A stretch of DNA of 64,000 nt from Eledone cirrhosa. Lineage: Eukaryota. The first letter of the stretch is position 1. Every line of letters begins with the position of its first letter. Positions 25,903-39,866 of this stretch are shown one piece after another. Under the pieces are notes generated by a model. The model had not been told where the DNA came from, did not search any database, and saw only the letters and a program-made list of their open reading frames with translations. The translations under genes were made by a program, and so were the position numbers. The stretch is from assembly GCA_964016885.1 (NCBI GenBank), contig OZ024741.1:336288001-336352000 (forward strand), in the 5' to 3' direction.

Positions 25903-26370
25903 ATGATGACCGCAAACTCGTGTTTGAGCATTGCCATTGCCTGATAAAATTCTCTGTGAGGCATGAATGTGGCTCTTCAAACCAGCCAAAGATTTGCACC
26001 CTCTGGCACATACATGACAACTGTAGATTCCTCTGTGACTTTCTACTGTTTGGTTCTGACTGCATTTTATATGTCTTTTAAAACTTCCCATGCTTGCACA
26101 TTTCTTGCCACATTCCCTACACCTTTTCAGATCAGGCTGTTCGCAATCTACATGAGCTCTACTGATATGACTTTGTTTATGTCTTCTCATCAGACCAGAT
26201 TTACTCAGGCAGATTCGACCTCAGAGCTGGCAAACCAGATGTTGCTCAACAGCAGGATGTTGAAAACAATCCCTTTTCCTTACCTTCCTTTTCAGTGTTT
26301 GGTGTTCCTTTCCGTAGAAAAGATAGCCCCGACAATAAACACATTAAAAGCTACAGCAATGTGGAAGACA
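25903..26370 (-). mobile_element. 3' end of an RTE-like LINE with C-terminal C2H2 zinc fingers
   Basis: CRECGKKCASMGSFKRHIK and CHVCARGCKSLAGLKSHIH, a third decayed finger upstream, then a short 3' UTR ending in CATCAT. Confidence 0.65.
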
Positions 26371-26384
26371 TACATATACATAAT

Positions 26385-27000
26385 ATGAAAGAGTACTGAT
26401 GGAATATTCTAGTCAAAACCCCAATAAAATGCAGGCATAACAGACCAGATATATTGATATGGACAGGGAAAAGAAGGCATGCACGGTAGTGGAAGTTAGC
26501 TGTCCAGCAGATGCCAATATAATATTAAAGATTAGTGAAAAGGAGAATATCTAATGAGGTATCTGCAGATACTCCACCCTGACTATACCTGTGATTATTG
26601 GGGCACTGGGATACGTTAACTTGGATATATTAGTATGCCTCAGTACAAATCTTGAGAAGCTGGGCTTCACAGAAACAGAAAGAAGACAACTAGTTAAGAA
26701 ATTACAAGCACAATCCATTAATGTAACAGTAAAAATATGTAAAACATTCCAAAATTCTGCATCTAATAACTGCATCTACACATACAAAGCATATGCACAT
26801 GCACACACATAACTCAAAACATGTAGATCCACACTTACAATAACATCCATACCTGTACACACATGCATGCATGCAGACATTCATACATATTTACCTAGTT
26901 GATGTTGTCTAAATTCCAATAAAAGAGTCTTGTATCTATGTTAGAAACTGACTCTTTCTCTATTGGCAAAAAATTGTGAAATTATAAAACCAGAAGAACA
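26385..27000 (+). mobile_element. 3' fragment of a restriction-like-endonuclease retrotransposon
   Basis: Translates as KCRHNRPDILIWDREKKACTVVEVSCP..KISEKEN..IIGALG (PD..D/E-K RLE motif); decayed. Confidence 0.75.
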
Positions 27001-27249
27001 TATATACATATATAGTCATCAACACCACCACTGCCATCATCATCATCATCATCATCATCATTTTAAGGTTATGCTCTGTGTTGGCATGGGTCAGACAGGT
27101 TGTTATGATCCGGGACTAGATGAGCTGGAGCAGCCTCATGTCGTCCTCATATGTTTCTCATTTGGCATAGTCTCTCTCTAATTGGATCCCCTTCCTACTG
27201 TCAACCACCATACAGAGTGTACTGGGTGTATTTTTATGGCACCAACATG

Positions 27250-27520
27250 TGTATCACTGAGTGTATATCTATGTGTGTATGTCTCTATGTTTGTGTGTAT
27301 GTGTGTGTGTATCTGTGTATGTGTCCGTATGTGTCTGTGCATGTGTGTGTGTATCTGTGTATGTGTTTGTGTGTGTGTATATCTGTGTGTGTGTATGTCT
27401 GTATCTGTGTGTATGTGTCTGTATCTGTGTGTATGTGTGTGTGTGTGTGTTTGTCTGTGTGTGTATGTGTCTGTGTGTGTGTCTGTATCTGTATGTGTGT
27501 TTGACTGTGTGTGTATGTCT
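27250..27520. repeat. Degenerate (TG)n microsatellite
   Basis: Direct sequence. Confidence 0.9.
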
Positions 27521-29069
27521 TAACTTTGCAGTAACTTGACACAAAAGAAGATTGATAGAATAAATGTGGAAAAGAAATAAAAAGTTCTACTGGGGAGGGA
27601 AACAATATAGTCAACAAAATCTCTTCAACGCTGTGCACCAGCATGGCCACAGTCCAATGACTGAAACCAATAAAAGAATAAAAGAATGTAACCTATATAC
27701 GGTGGATTGGCAGTATCGGTAGAGTGTCAGACACCATGTTTTGCAGCATAGAGTTATGGCCTTTTACGTTCTGACTTAAAATCCCACCAAGGTTAGCTTT
27801 GCCTTTCATCCTTACGGGGTCGATAAAATAAAACACCAGCAATGCACTGGGGTAATTGCTGGCCTTGTGTCTAAAGTAGAAACAATTATTATAAGCCGAC
27901 CCCCCACTATTTTATGTCTGAGAAATGGTTAAAAACCAAAACCTTATTTATGTAGAATGTGAAGTTAGTGAAAATCGTCAAAATATTGATCCCAAATATG
28001 AGCCAACACTCCCTTCTTCTACCATCGATTTTTTGGTCACATATTCCTCGGCTTATATTCTTCATATACACAGTAATTACATGTCTGAGATCAGGTTGAC
28101 ATTATGGATCTTCTGCCATTGTTTCAGCATAACTAGATACCATTTTTTAAAATTTTTATTTTTGATTTATTATGGCATTTGGAAAATGTTTTCTGTTTGA
28201 ACAACATCAACATGAATTATATTTCTGCTTACGTGAATCCAGATTTTGGATGGATAAGTCAACCCAGCAGATACACAGTGTGGTTCTTCAGTTAGATCTT
28301 ATTTATTACAGATATCTTACATGTGTGTGTTGGGGTGGGGGTGGGGGGTGTCACATTGTGTATGTTTTGGTTTGTGTGTGATTGTGTAAGTGTGAGTGTG
28401 TCTGCATATGTAACAGTTAAACCATGTGTATGTATGTATGTCTAGTAGTAGAACTGTGAGTGTGTGTGTGTGTGTGATTGTGTAAGTGTAGCAGTAAGAC
28501 TGTGCTTGTGTATGTGTGCATGCATGTATGTATATGTAGCAATGGGATTGTGTGTATACATATTTGAATGTGCGTTTGTGTAGGCATGCAAGTATGTCTA
28601 TCAGAGTATGTAACAGTGGAACTATGTGCATGTGCGTGAATGTGCATATCTGTGTGTGTATTGGTGTATATATTTATATATATATAGGTTTGTGTGTGAG
28701 TGTGTGTGTATGCATATGGGTGTATGTATCTGTATGAGAGTGTGGGTGAATGTTTGCATGTGTGAATATATGTATATAGGCAAGTGTATATGTGTATGAG
28801 TGTTTGAGTGTGTGTGTAGAAAATTTTACCTGTCTCCACTGGTTTCCTGTTTTTTCTTCTCTAATTCAACATGGCAAGCTTGGAATTCCTTTCTCTCTTA
28901 CTTGACTTTTCAGTTTTATAATTTAATAAGACATATTTTAGGATATCTTCAGAAGTGTCACATTGGTAGAGTTGTTAGAAGTGAGGACAAAATATATTCC
29001 AGTAATTTCTACCAACACTCTGTACTCTGAGTTCAAATCTCACTGAGGTCAGCTTTGAGTTTTATTCTA

Positions 29070-29345
29070 AAGTCTGCCTCAAGCCCGGAGGCTCATTAGG
29101 CCTCTGCCTATCCCAGTCTCTGTGGCATGAAGAAAGTGAGAGTACAAGATTTCTCCCTGGACAGGATGCCAGCCCATCACAGGGTTAAACCCCCAGCTAT
29201 TGCTGGTACTAATTTTCAGCTGAGTATACTGGAGCAATGTGAAATGAAGCGTTTTTCTCAAGAACCCAACACACAACCCTGTCCAGAAATCAAACCCACG
29301 ACATTAAGATCATAAGTCCAACACCCTAACCACTAGGTCATATGT
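29070..29345 (-). mobile_element. MetaSINE-like tRNA SINE
   Basis: Reverse complement matches 35871-36158. Confidence 0.75.
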
Positions 29346-29349
29346 CTAC

Positions 29350-29510
29350 CAGGTCACCTGACCTGTATGAGCAAAACATAGTCATCTGACCAGTATGAGC
29401 AAGACATGGTCCCCTGACCTGTATGAGCATGTCATGGTCACCTGATCCGTATGAACAAGATATGGTCACCTGACCTGTATAAGCAAGACATGGTCACATG
29501 ACCTGTCTAG
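29350..29510. repeat. 28-bp tandem repeat GGTCACCTGACCTGTATGAGCAAGACAT
   Basis: About 6 units, derived from the RTE-tail SINE segment. Confidence 0.85.
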
Positions 29511-30112
29511 CCTCAATATGATGACTCATTTAATCCATGTTTGGATATGGATAATAGATGTAAAACAGTGATGATGATGATACACACATATACAATGTTT
29601 CCATCTACCAAATTTCACTCGCAAGGGCATCAGTCAACTCAAAGACACTTACTTGCTCAACCAGCTATAAATTGGGATTGAACCTGTAAGATTGTGGTTG
29701 TAAACCAAACACTTTAACCACACAGCTCTTTTGTTTTCTAAACTAATCAGTTCCTTCTAAAACTGGCAAATGAAAAAAACAACACAAAACACAAAAATCC
29801 TTCTCCCCACCAACAAAAAAAAAACCCTTAAAAAACACACACAAACCCCAGTGTTATTAGAAGCTTATGGCTATGCTGTTCGTCACATTTGATATGCCTG
29901 AGTCAAATGATGAGATAGTATTATTTGAATAATCTAAGGCTTTAGGCCTAATTAAGAAATGTTATTTTTTCAAATTATCATTATCAAATTTTTTTTTTTT
30001 CCAATTTCCAATTTTTATTTTTTTTATTTATTATAATTTTTTTTTTTTCGTTATTGTGTATTTCTTTGTTTTATTAAATCAAATTATAATGACTAGCTTT
30101 TTCTCCTTTCGG

Positions 30113-30307
30113 CTTTGGTCTTTCAACTTTGTGATGCACAACCGTGTGTTTGAAAGGCAACTAAGATACTACCAGCAGGTCATAAGAAACTTGATGAGGC
30201 TGCAGTACACGTCCCATATCGTTACAGTGAAACATCCACACTGTCAGCCATTGACAGTGGAGGTGGATGGGGTGATGGTGGCAGTGGACGCAAAGAAGAG
30301 TTGCCAG
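30113..30307 (+). CDS. Candidate internal coding exon of an unidentified host gene
   Basis: GC-richer, non-repetitive open frame (LWSFNFVMHNRVFERQLRYYQQ..VDAKKSCQ) ending in CAG|GTATGT; the acceptor is ambiguous (TAG at 30096, or a pyrimidine tract ending in CGG at 30112). Confidence 0.5.
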
Positions 30308-30439
30308 GTATGTACCTGAGAATAATTGCTCTGATTGGTTGCCATAGAAATTAATGGCAACTATAATAAGTTGGCTTGTTTAGATTGTTTTATTTATTAT
30401 TATCTATTTATTATTATTTTTATTTTTATTATTATTATT

Positions 30440-31115
30440 TAGCTTTGCCTTTCATCTTTACGGATTCAGTAAAATAAAGTACCAGTAACGCACTGGAGTC
30501 AATTTAATCGACTTTCCCCTCCTCCAAAATGGTTGGTCTTGTATCTAAATCAGAAACCATTATTATTTGGCAGTATCAGTAGAGGGTCGGACGCCATGCT
30601 TTGCAGAAAAGAGTTACGGCCCTTTATGGTCTGAGTTCAAATCCCGCCGAGGTTAACTTTGCCTTTCATCCTTACAGGGTCGATAAAATAAAGTACCAGT
30701 ATTACACTGGATAATTGCTGGCCTTCTGCCAAAACTAGAAACAATTATTATTATGATTTAGCTTTGTCATGGATTGGCAGTATCGGTAGAGCATCGGACA
30801 CCATGCTTCGAGGCAGAGAGTTACGGCCCTTTACGTTCTGAGTTATATCCCGCCGAGGTTAACTTTGCCTTTCAGCCTTACGGGGTGGATGAAATAAACC
30901 ACCAGTAATGCACTAGAGTCGATTTGATCAACTTTCCTCTGCCCCCAAATTGCTGGCCTTCGGCCTATAGTAGAAATCATTATTATTTAGTTTTGCCTTT
31001 CAAACTTATGGGGTCGGTAAAATAAAGTACCAGTAATGTACTGAGGTGGATTTAATCAATATTCTCCCTTTCCCTTCAAATTGTTGGCTTTGTGCCAAAA
31101 GTAGAAACTATTATT
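30440..31115 (+). mobile_element. Tandem array of about 4 OK/OR-like SINE units
   Basis: Repeated SINE head, core and tail separated by (ATT)n. Confidence 0.8.
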
Positions 31116-31409
31116 TATGTTTTTTTTATGGAGCCAAAAGTGACCTTCCCTATCTTGAAATCTGATGTTAGTTAAAACTAATTAGTCTGTTAATAAGGAA
31201 GAGTTTATTTATTTATTTATTCATTTATTTAATATTTTTAGTTATTGATTTTTTTTCTATTTATTTTATTTTATTTTATTTATGTTTTGTTTGTTTCTAG
31301 TCAAGATTTGAAGGACACAGAAAAAGAAGAATAAAAATGACTAATCCAGGTTTCTCTGATATTCCCTACTGTGTTAGTTTTATATCAGTTCAGGCCCAAC
31401 CTAGTTGCC

Positions 31410-31870
31410 CTAGGGTTTAGTTTCTTGACTGGGTTGTGTGTTGTGTTCTTAAGCAAAACACTTCATTTCATATTGCTCCAGTATAAAACTGAAAATGAGT
31501 ACCAGCAATAGCTGAAGGTTTAATCATGTGATAAATTGACATCCTGTCCAGTGGGGATCCTTGTACTTTGTCGCTTCACACCATGGAAAATGGGATAAGC
31601 ACCTGATGAGCCTCTGGGGTTGAGACATATGTAAATGATGGACTGGTGATCTGTCCAGGGAGAAATCCTTTACTCTCAGTTGCTTCATGCCAAAGAAACT
31701 GGGATAAGCAATGGCCTGATGAGTCTCCGGGGTTGAGACAGATGTTAACTCTGCGATGGACTGGCAACCTATCCAGTGGGAAATCTTGTACTCTCAGTTC
31801 CTTCACGCTACGGAAACTGGGATATATACCAATCTGATGAGCCTATGGTCTCAAGACTAAATTTAGACCT
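31410..31870 (+). mobile_element. MetaSINE-like SINE with a triplicated 3' body
   Basis: Three copies of TCCAG..GGGATA..CTGATGAG..GAC. Confidence 0.7.
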
Positions 31871-32247
31871 TTTAGTTGGAGATAGATGCACTCAGATGTG
31901 TTGGGGTCTTTTTTTTATTTATTGTGTATTAACTGTGCAATGCTGACATATGACTTTTCAAGACAATGATTTATGAGTAGATCAAGAAATTTGTACAGTC
32001 TTTGATATGTTCCCCTATTACAAGTGTTTTGAATAGGTTTTTATTCCTTCACCATTTTTTTTTAACATTTTATATACCTTAGAATATTGAATCAGAGGAT
32101 ATTTGTAGTTATAGAAAACATTGTGTCCTTTGGTTGAAATATCAGATTGTCCATGAAATATTTTTGTTTCTAAGTTACAGATTTGTTCATATGTGTGTGT
32201 ATATATTTATATATAGGTGTGTGTCTGTGTGTGTGTATATATATATG

Positions 32248-32282
<35 letters not shown>

Positions 32283-32361
32283 ACATATATATATGTATAT
32301 ATATGTGAGTGTGTATATATATAGAGAGAGAGATATGTATATATATATATATATATATATA

Positions 32362-32700
32362 CAATGATATTAAATAAATGGAGACTATATTTATAAAACC
32401 ATATTTATTCTATTATATATATTTCAAGGGTACCAAAACTTTGGTATGCTCTCATCAGATAAAATACAAAGTTTGTTTTATAAATATTGACATAACCAGG
32501 AAAGAAGAACTTAACGGTTCAAGTTTTTCCTGGATACCTTTGAAATATATATAATAGAATAAATATGGTTTTATAAATATAGTTTCCAATTATTTAATAT
32601 CATTGAATATTATACTCCAGAATTCTGTCGAGTGCTTTGAATCAGTTATAAACATTTATACTTGTTGAATTACCAGCAAATTGAATATCCCTTTTGCTTA
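32362..32700. mobile_element. Fold-back PLE-type element with hammerhead and tail
   Basis: Arms ~32362-32430 / ~32535-32605, tail to 32700, (TA)n flanks; homologue at 48137-48462. Confidence 0.8.
32406..32466 (-). ncRNA. Minimal type I hammerhead ribozyme
   Basis: TATTTTAT-CTGATGA-gagcaTACCAAagttTTGGTAccctt-GAAA-TATATA-TA-ATAGAATA; 8-bp stem I, palindromic loop III. Confidence 0.75.
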
Positions 32701-32706
32701 TATATA

Positions 32707-35180
32707 CAGTGAGTCCTCGATATACAGTATATATGTGTTCCTGAAACCCTTACCGTATATCGAATTATCGTATAAAGAACCTATTATAACATGAAATAGA
32801 TAGGGATGCATTCCAACACATCGAAAAAGTCATCCCTACAGAAAAGAAATAATGTTTTTTTTATTTACCGTACCTTACACATGCCGCGTAGTCCATCAGA
32901 TGATGTGCCTCTTCATTTGTCCCTCCCGAGGCTAAGGGACAGTATGGGTTTCAGCCCTTACTCATCTTGGGCTGAGTTGGCAGGGGATGATGAGGGTGAT
33001 GTGGGAGGCTCAAAATCAACAAACTCGTTGACTGCAGTGGATGTTGAAGGGCCAGCTGTAGCACGGTTGGCAGGTGTGACTGGCTTGAAGAAAGAGTAGA
33101 TGGAGGACTGTTTGGCAGTGTTTCTTTTGGCTTCATACATTTCTTGGTAAATCTTGATGCTTTTCTTGACGTCTTGAGTCACTTTGCTGCTCCTAGCAGG
33201 GTTGGGGTCACGCTCCTTCAGGGTTTCTAAGATTGTTTCGATACTCCTGAGACATTCTCTTAGAGTTTTTATGTCCAAGGCACGCACAGGTTCTTCTTCC
33301 TCTTCTTCTTTTTCTGTCTCCTGTATTGCCTTGTCTAGTTCTATGAGTTCATCATTGGAGAGTGGTTCAGCGTGGCTTTCCAAAAGGTCTTGCACATCAT
33401 CATCATTAACACCATCGAAGCCAGCTCTATGGCAGAGATTTACAATATCTTTTTTTATCGTACCAATGTCCTCAGCAAAGCCTTGGAAGTCATTCACACA
33501 TGCTGGCCATAATTTCTTCCAGGTCAAGTTCATGGTAGACTGCTTCACTTCTTCCCAAGATGCCTTGATGTTGTACAATTTCCACCATTCCCTGATCGTG
33601 GGCTTGTCAGGCCCATCTGTGCCCTTTATCAGCTGCTGCATGGTTCTGTGCTGGTAGTATGCCTTAAATGTTTTGAGGACTGTTTGATCCATCAGCTGAA
33701 TGAGAGCTGTGGTGTTTGGGGAGAGAAACAAAACCTCAATATTTTCTGACCAGTCTTCCATTGTTCATGGGTGGCTGGGGGCGTTGTCCACTAATAGCAG
33801 AAAATGGTTGGCAATGTTGTTAGCTAATGCATATTCCTTAAGGGCTGGTGACAGATATGAGGTGAAAAAATCCTGGTGAATTGAAGTGATCAGCCATGCC
33901 TTCTTATTAGAATTCCATATGACTGGTAGGTATTGCTTAAGTAACCCCTTGAGTGCTCTTGGAGTTTCAGAATGGTAGATAATGAGTGGCTTTAGCTTTA
34001 AATCTCCTTCTGCATTCCCTCCAAGTAACAAAGTAACGCGGTCCTTTGAGGCTTTGAACCCCTTCGCACTTTTCTCTTCCTTGTCAATATAAGTATTACT
34101 GGTCATCTTTTTCCAATAAAGTCCTGTTTCATCATAATTAATAACCTGTTTTTTGCTGTACCCCTTCTCTGCAATGCATTTCTCTAACTCTGCCTTGAAT
34201 TTTTCAGCACTCTCTTTGTTGGAACTGGCAGCCTCACCTGTAACTTTTATGTTGTGAAGACTCGAATGTCGTTTGAACTTATCAAACCAGCCTTTGATTG
34301 CCTTGAATACAAATTCCTCCACCCCCATTTCAGTCTTGAGCCTGTCAATAATGGACAATGCTTTCTCACTGATTACATTTAAAGACAGAGGCATATTTTG
34401 ACGATTTTGGTCATCAATCCAAATTTTGAGCAACCTTTCTTTCCTATCCATAATCGGCTCATGATGTTTGGTCAAAAATTTACTCTGTAGACTCGTAGCA
34501 TTCTCCCCAGCTTTTTTGACAGCCTCACTATTTTTTTAAAACAGTCCAGACTGTAGACTGGGCTAGGCCTAAGTTACGACTTATGGTGGATGTACCTTGC
34601 CCTTGTTCCTTCCTTTTCAAACTGTCCAGCTTTATCTCCAAAGTCAGGCTCTTCCTCTTGCGTTTGGCCTTTCCATCTGCATCAGCAATATTCGCAGGAT
34701 GTTTTGGGGCCATGATATATGGGGTTATAAGATATGCCGTGATAATTATGCTCCAAAAACATGCCGTTGGGTTTTTTCTTACTTTGAATGACGTCATAAC
34801 TCTTAAATGATCACTTCAATTCGGCAAAAATTCTCTCACTGAGAGGACACGCTAGTTTGCCGAACTCAAGTGATCAGTTAAGAGTTATGAAGTCATCGAT
34901 CGATATCTGAACTTGCTTGTGATTGGCCAGTTTCTCGGTAAAGTCAGTTAGTATGATAGCAAGAGTAACACAATTTTCCTAGAATTCGAATAGCAGTCAG
35001 TTTCCACGAATTCAAGGGGGAATTTATTGCTTACTACAAGTGGTGCTATGGCACAATATAAACAAAACACAACCAAAAACCGTATCTGTGAATATTTTTT
35101 ACCTTAAATAGTAGTAATTACCCAAAACCGGATCTGTGAATTTACCGGATAAAGAACTACCGTATATCTAGGACACACTC
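32707..35180 (-). mobile_element. pogo/Tigger DNA transposon, near full length, frameshifted
   Basis: TIRs CAGTGAGTCCTCGATATACAGTA / rc GAGTGTGTCCTAGATATACGGTA, TA flanks; CENP-B-type HTH (RKRKSLTLEIKLD, GWFDKFKRH) and DDE_1 motifs (NYDETGLYW, DNAPSH, PNTTALIQLMDQ). Confidence 0.92.
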
Positions 35181-35214
<34 letters not shown>

Positions 35215-35334
35215 GTAAATATTTAAATTATATTTTTTTATTTATTTTGAAAAATTGTTTGAATCTTACTTGCTCCGCTTATCTCAATATTATATATAAA
35301 CGTATATATATATACATGTATATGTGTATATATA

Positions 35335-36158
<824 letters not shown>

Positions 36159-36919
36159 ATATATATATATAAATATACATATATATGAATATATTTAATA
36201 CATTAACAGAGAAAGCTTTAAGCAATACTCTGACCGGCTTCCATCTCACTCAACAAACATTAGGATATACCTTAGTATAATCCCAATTTTACGTTTGGGA
36301 TGCTAACTATATGTATTTTGCGGATAGCCAGTTGTATTATTTTATATGAGACATAATTAGAATACATACATATATATATATGTGTGCACATATATATGTA
36401 TATATGTATGTGTATATGTATATAAATATTTATATATATATATATGTATATATATAGACATACAAATATATTACACAAATAGAAGAGTGTTACACAGTGA
36501 AATGTGTGTAAAGGATTATTACAAGTGATTTTTACCGTTACTGTATAGAAAACAATATCTACAGGTTTAGCAATTAAATAGAAAAAAACCTAAGTCAGAA
36601 TTAAATTACTGAAGTAGAGTTTTAAATTACTAACCTTATAACTATAAGTTTGCTGATACGAATTAAGTTCGTTTCGCCACAGAAATATATGTATATAGAC
36701 ATATATATATGTGTATACATATATATGTATATATGTATATGTATATTTATGTATATATGTATATGTATATTTATGTATATGTATATGTCCCACTCTTGCA
36801 AGCAGGGAAAAGCAGACGTAAAATGAAATGATGATGATGATAATATATATATATATGTATGTATATGTATATACATATGTATATATATGTATATATATAT
36901 ATATATATATGTGTGTATA

Positions 36920-36976
<57 letters not shown>

Positions 36977-37104
36977 ATACACATGTATATATATGTGTGT
37001 ATATGTATATGTAAATTTATATATACATATATGTAGATACATATGTATATGTATATGTAGATACATATGTGTAGATACATATGTATATGTATATGTATCT
37101 ACAT

Positions 37105-37605
37105 ATGGGTTTCTCCCTGCATACGAAAGGCCGGTTATATGATGCCTGTGTGAGGAGCGCGATGCTGCATGGTAGTGAGACTTGGGCAGCAACTGCAGAG
37201 GATATGCGATGGCTGGAGAGAAATGAGGCAAGCATGCTCCGTTGGATGTGCAATGTCAATGTGCGTGAATGACCCAGCATGGATGTGTTGAGAGAGAAAC
37301 TATGTCTGAGGGGTTATAGAATGTAGTGTGCGAGAGAGGAGACTACAGTGGTATGGACATGTGATGCGCATGGAGGATGACCGATGAGTGAAGAAGTGCC
37401 AGGAAATGCCAGTTGAAGGAAGACGTGGTAGAGGTAGTCCATGAAAAACATGGGCGGAGGTGGTGAGAACAGACCTCAGATTGCTGAAGCTCACGGTGGA
37501 GATGATGAAGGACCGTGACAAGTGGAGAGATGCTGTGCTGAATAAGACCCGTCCCACCCTTGCAAGCTGGGAAAAGCGGATGTAAAATGATGATGATGAT
37601 GATGA
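37105..37605 (+). mobile_element. RTE LINE 3' fragment
   Basis: KGRLYDACVRSAMLHGSETW; (GAT)n tail. Confidence 0.85.
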
Positions 37606-37630
37606 AATGTATATATATATGTATATTTAT

Positions 37631-38004
37631 ATTAATAAAAGGAATTCCAACTTTATCTGATTTACTTGTTTTATTTACAATCATTTAAAATTATAATGAT
37701 ATTATAATGAAATAGTATGGTAGAATATTAAATGTTAAATGTTAATTGAACAAGTACTTTCATGCTTTCGCAATCTTCAGGTTCATATTCAGTGGTGACA
37801 GTCAAGTTGGCAATTTTCAAGTTGAAAATTGCCAACTTGACTGTCACCACTGAATATGAACCTGAAGATTGCGAAAGCATGAAAGTACTTGTTCAATTAA
37901 CATTTAATATTCTACCATACTATTTCATTATAATATCATTATAATTTTAAATGATTGTAAATAAAACGAGTAAATCACACAAAGTTGGAATTCCTTTTAT
38001 TAAT
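37631..38004. repeat. Near-perfect ~190-bp-arm palindrome with a 1-nt loop (37821)
   Basis: ..GGCAATTTTCAA G TTGAAAATTGCC..; (TA)-rich flanks; short tail 38005-38040. Confidence 0.92.
37857..37895 (+). ncRNA. Minimal hammerhead ribozyme (mirror copy on - strand at 37747-37785)
   Basis: TGAAC-CTGAAGA-tTGCgaaaGCAt-GAAA-GTAC-TT-GTTCA. Confidence 0.8.
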
Positions 38005-39866
38005 TTAACCTTCTATACACAATCATACACACCCGTGTATATTTATTTATATATATGTATATTTATATATATATATATCTATTTACCTATCTATCTATCT
38101 ATCTATATATACTATATATATATATATATATATATCATCATTTCATTTTACGTTTGCTTTTTCCCTGCTTGCAAAGTTGGGACGGGAACTGATGCTGGCT
38201 TGATTTCTACAGCTGGATACCCTTCCTAACACCAACCTCATTTTACAGTGAGTGCTGGGTGCTTTTTTGCCGTGGCACCTCCACGACCACTTTGCAGTGG
38301 AATGATATGGACCCAGTCCCTATCATCTCATTTCTACAGCTGAGTAAACTGGAGCAATGTGAAATAAAGTGTCTTGCTCAAGGACACTTTATTTCACATT
38401 GCTCTATATTTATATATGTGTAGGTGTCACGACAAAAAAACACACAGTCCACGCTGTAATGTGGCCGTGTAGGCAACACGGTAAAAACCTCCCAGCCCCA
38501 CACTGTAAATGTGGTTGGTGTTAGGAAGGGCATCCAGCTGTAGAAAACGATGATGATGATGATGATGATATATATATAGAGGGAGAGAGAGTCAGTTATA
38601 TATGTGTATATGTATCCATATATATTTATAGACTTCATACATGACTGTAGAGTTGCCTCAACTCTTTGTATGGTAAGGTTTTTTTGGGGGTTGGATGTAT
38701 GTCCTTCCTGTCACCAACAAGTTTCCAGTGTGCACTGGGTGCATTCTGTAATTTCGAAATACTTTTAGTTTTCCGAATTTTTGCTTCACTCTTTTGTTAC
38801 TCAGATTTACTTCAGAACTCCATTAATAATTTGTTCTGTTTTATACAATTTTATGTCAAAGGTAAATTGGCTGATTAAAGGCCTCTGTATTTTTTCTAGT
38901 TCACTGTACTGTTTGTTCAAATCTCGCCTTGGTCGACATTACCTTTCATCTTTTCAGAATCAAAGGATGATGGATTGGCAGTATCACACTACTTTGCGGC
39001 ACAGAATTACATTCATTTATGTTCTGTGTTCAAATCTTACCAAGGTTAGATTTGCCTTTTAACCTTACGGGTTGATAAAATAAAGTACCAGTAACGCACT
39101 GGGATTCCCCATCCCCAAAAATGATTGGCCTTGTGCCTAAATCAGAAACCATTATTTCAGGATCAATAAAAAAAAGTATCAGTTCAGAGGCTGGGGGTGG
39201 GTGGATTGACAGACATTTTTATAAATCAGTATTTCATTCAATTCCCTGTTTTGAATTCAAATTCCATCTTTATTCGCCAGGAGTTGTCACCAGCAGATAG
39301 TGTCAGCAATGGAAAGACTAATAGAAACATAGTTTCCTTGCTCTGATCTGAAAGTTGACACCTTTCCTTTCCTATATGCTGATACCAATTCTTGTTGTAA
39401 GCTACCAAAATATTTCTAAGCTCTTGTAATTTTTAAGAATGTTTTGGTTTTAGTGTGAATTCAGCTTTTGCAGCATGCATATGTACTTCATGTATTCCAC
39501 TTGAATGTTCCCTAGGAGCGTTAGTAGTATATTTGAATAGGACACACCACTCTAGAATTGAAAATGAGCTGCGGATTTCACTTGCAGGTTGCTTATCTCT
39601 ATTCTAATCTTGTGTAAAATAGAATATTTTTATTCATATATCTTTTATATTGGCTTGAGGTTTCAAAATTATAGAAAAAGAATATTCTGTGGTGACAGAT
39701 ATGCATTCCTCAAGTACTTCACTAACTGTATATACAGGGTGCATTTAAGGAGGTTGAAATAACAACATTCAACAAATCTTTGTTGCAAGTTCATTTTATA
39801 TATATATGTATATATATATATATGTATATGTACATATATGTAAACGTATATAAATATATATATATA

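Noticed and set aside
25870-26190. Host C2H2 zinc-finger gene
   Set aside because: Lacks TGEKP linkers, has upstream stops and ends in a LINE-like 3' tail.
29350-29510. CRISPR-like regular repeats (also 42290-42560, 50160-50315, 55540-55900)
   Set aside because: Head-to-tail tandem units without unique spacers, no cas genes, eukaryotic context.
32958-34797. Domesticated TIGD/CENP-B host gene
   Set aside because: TIRs are present and the ORF is broken into three pieces: a decayed transposon.
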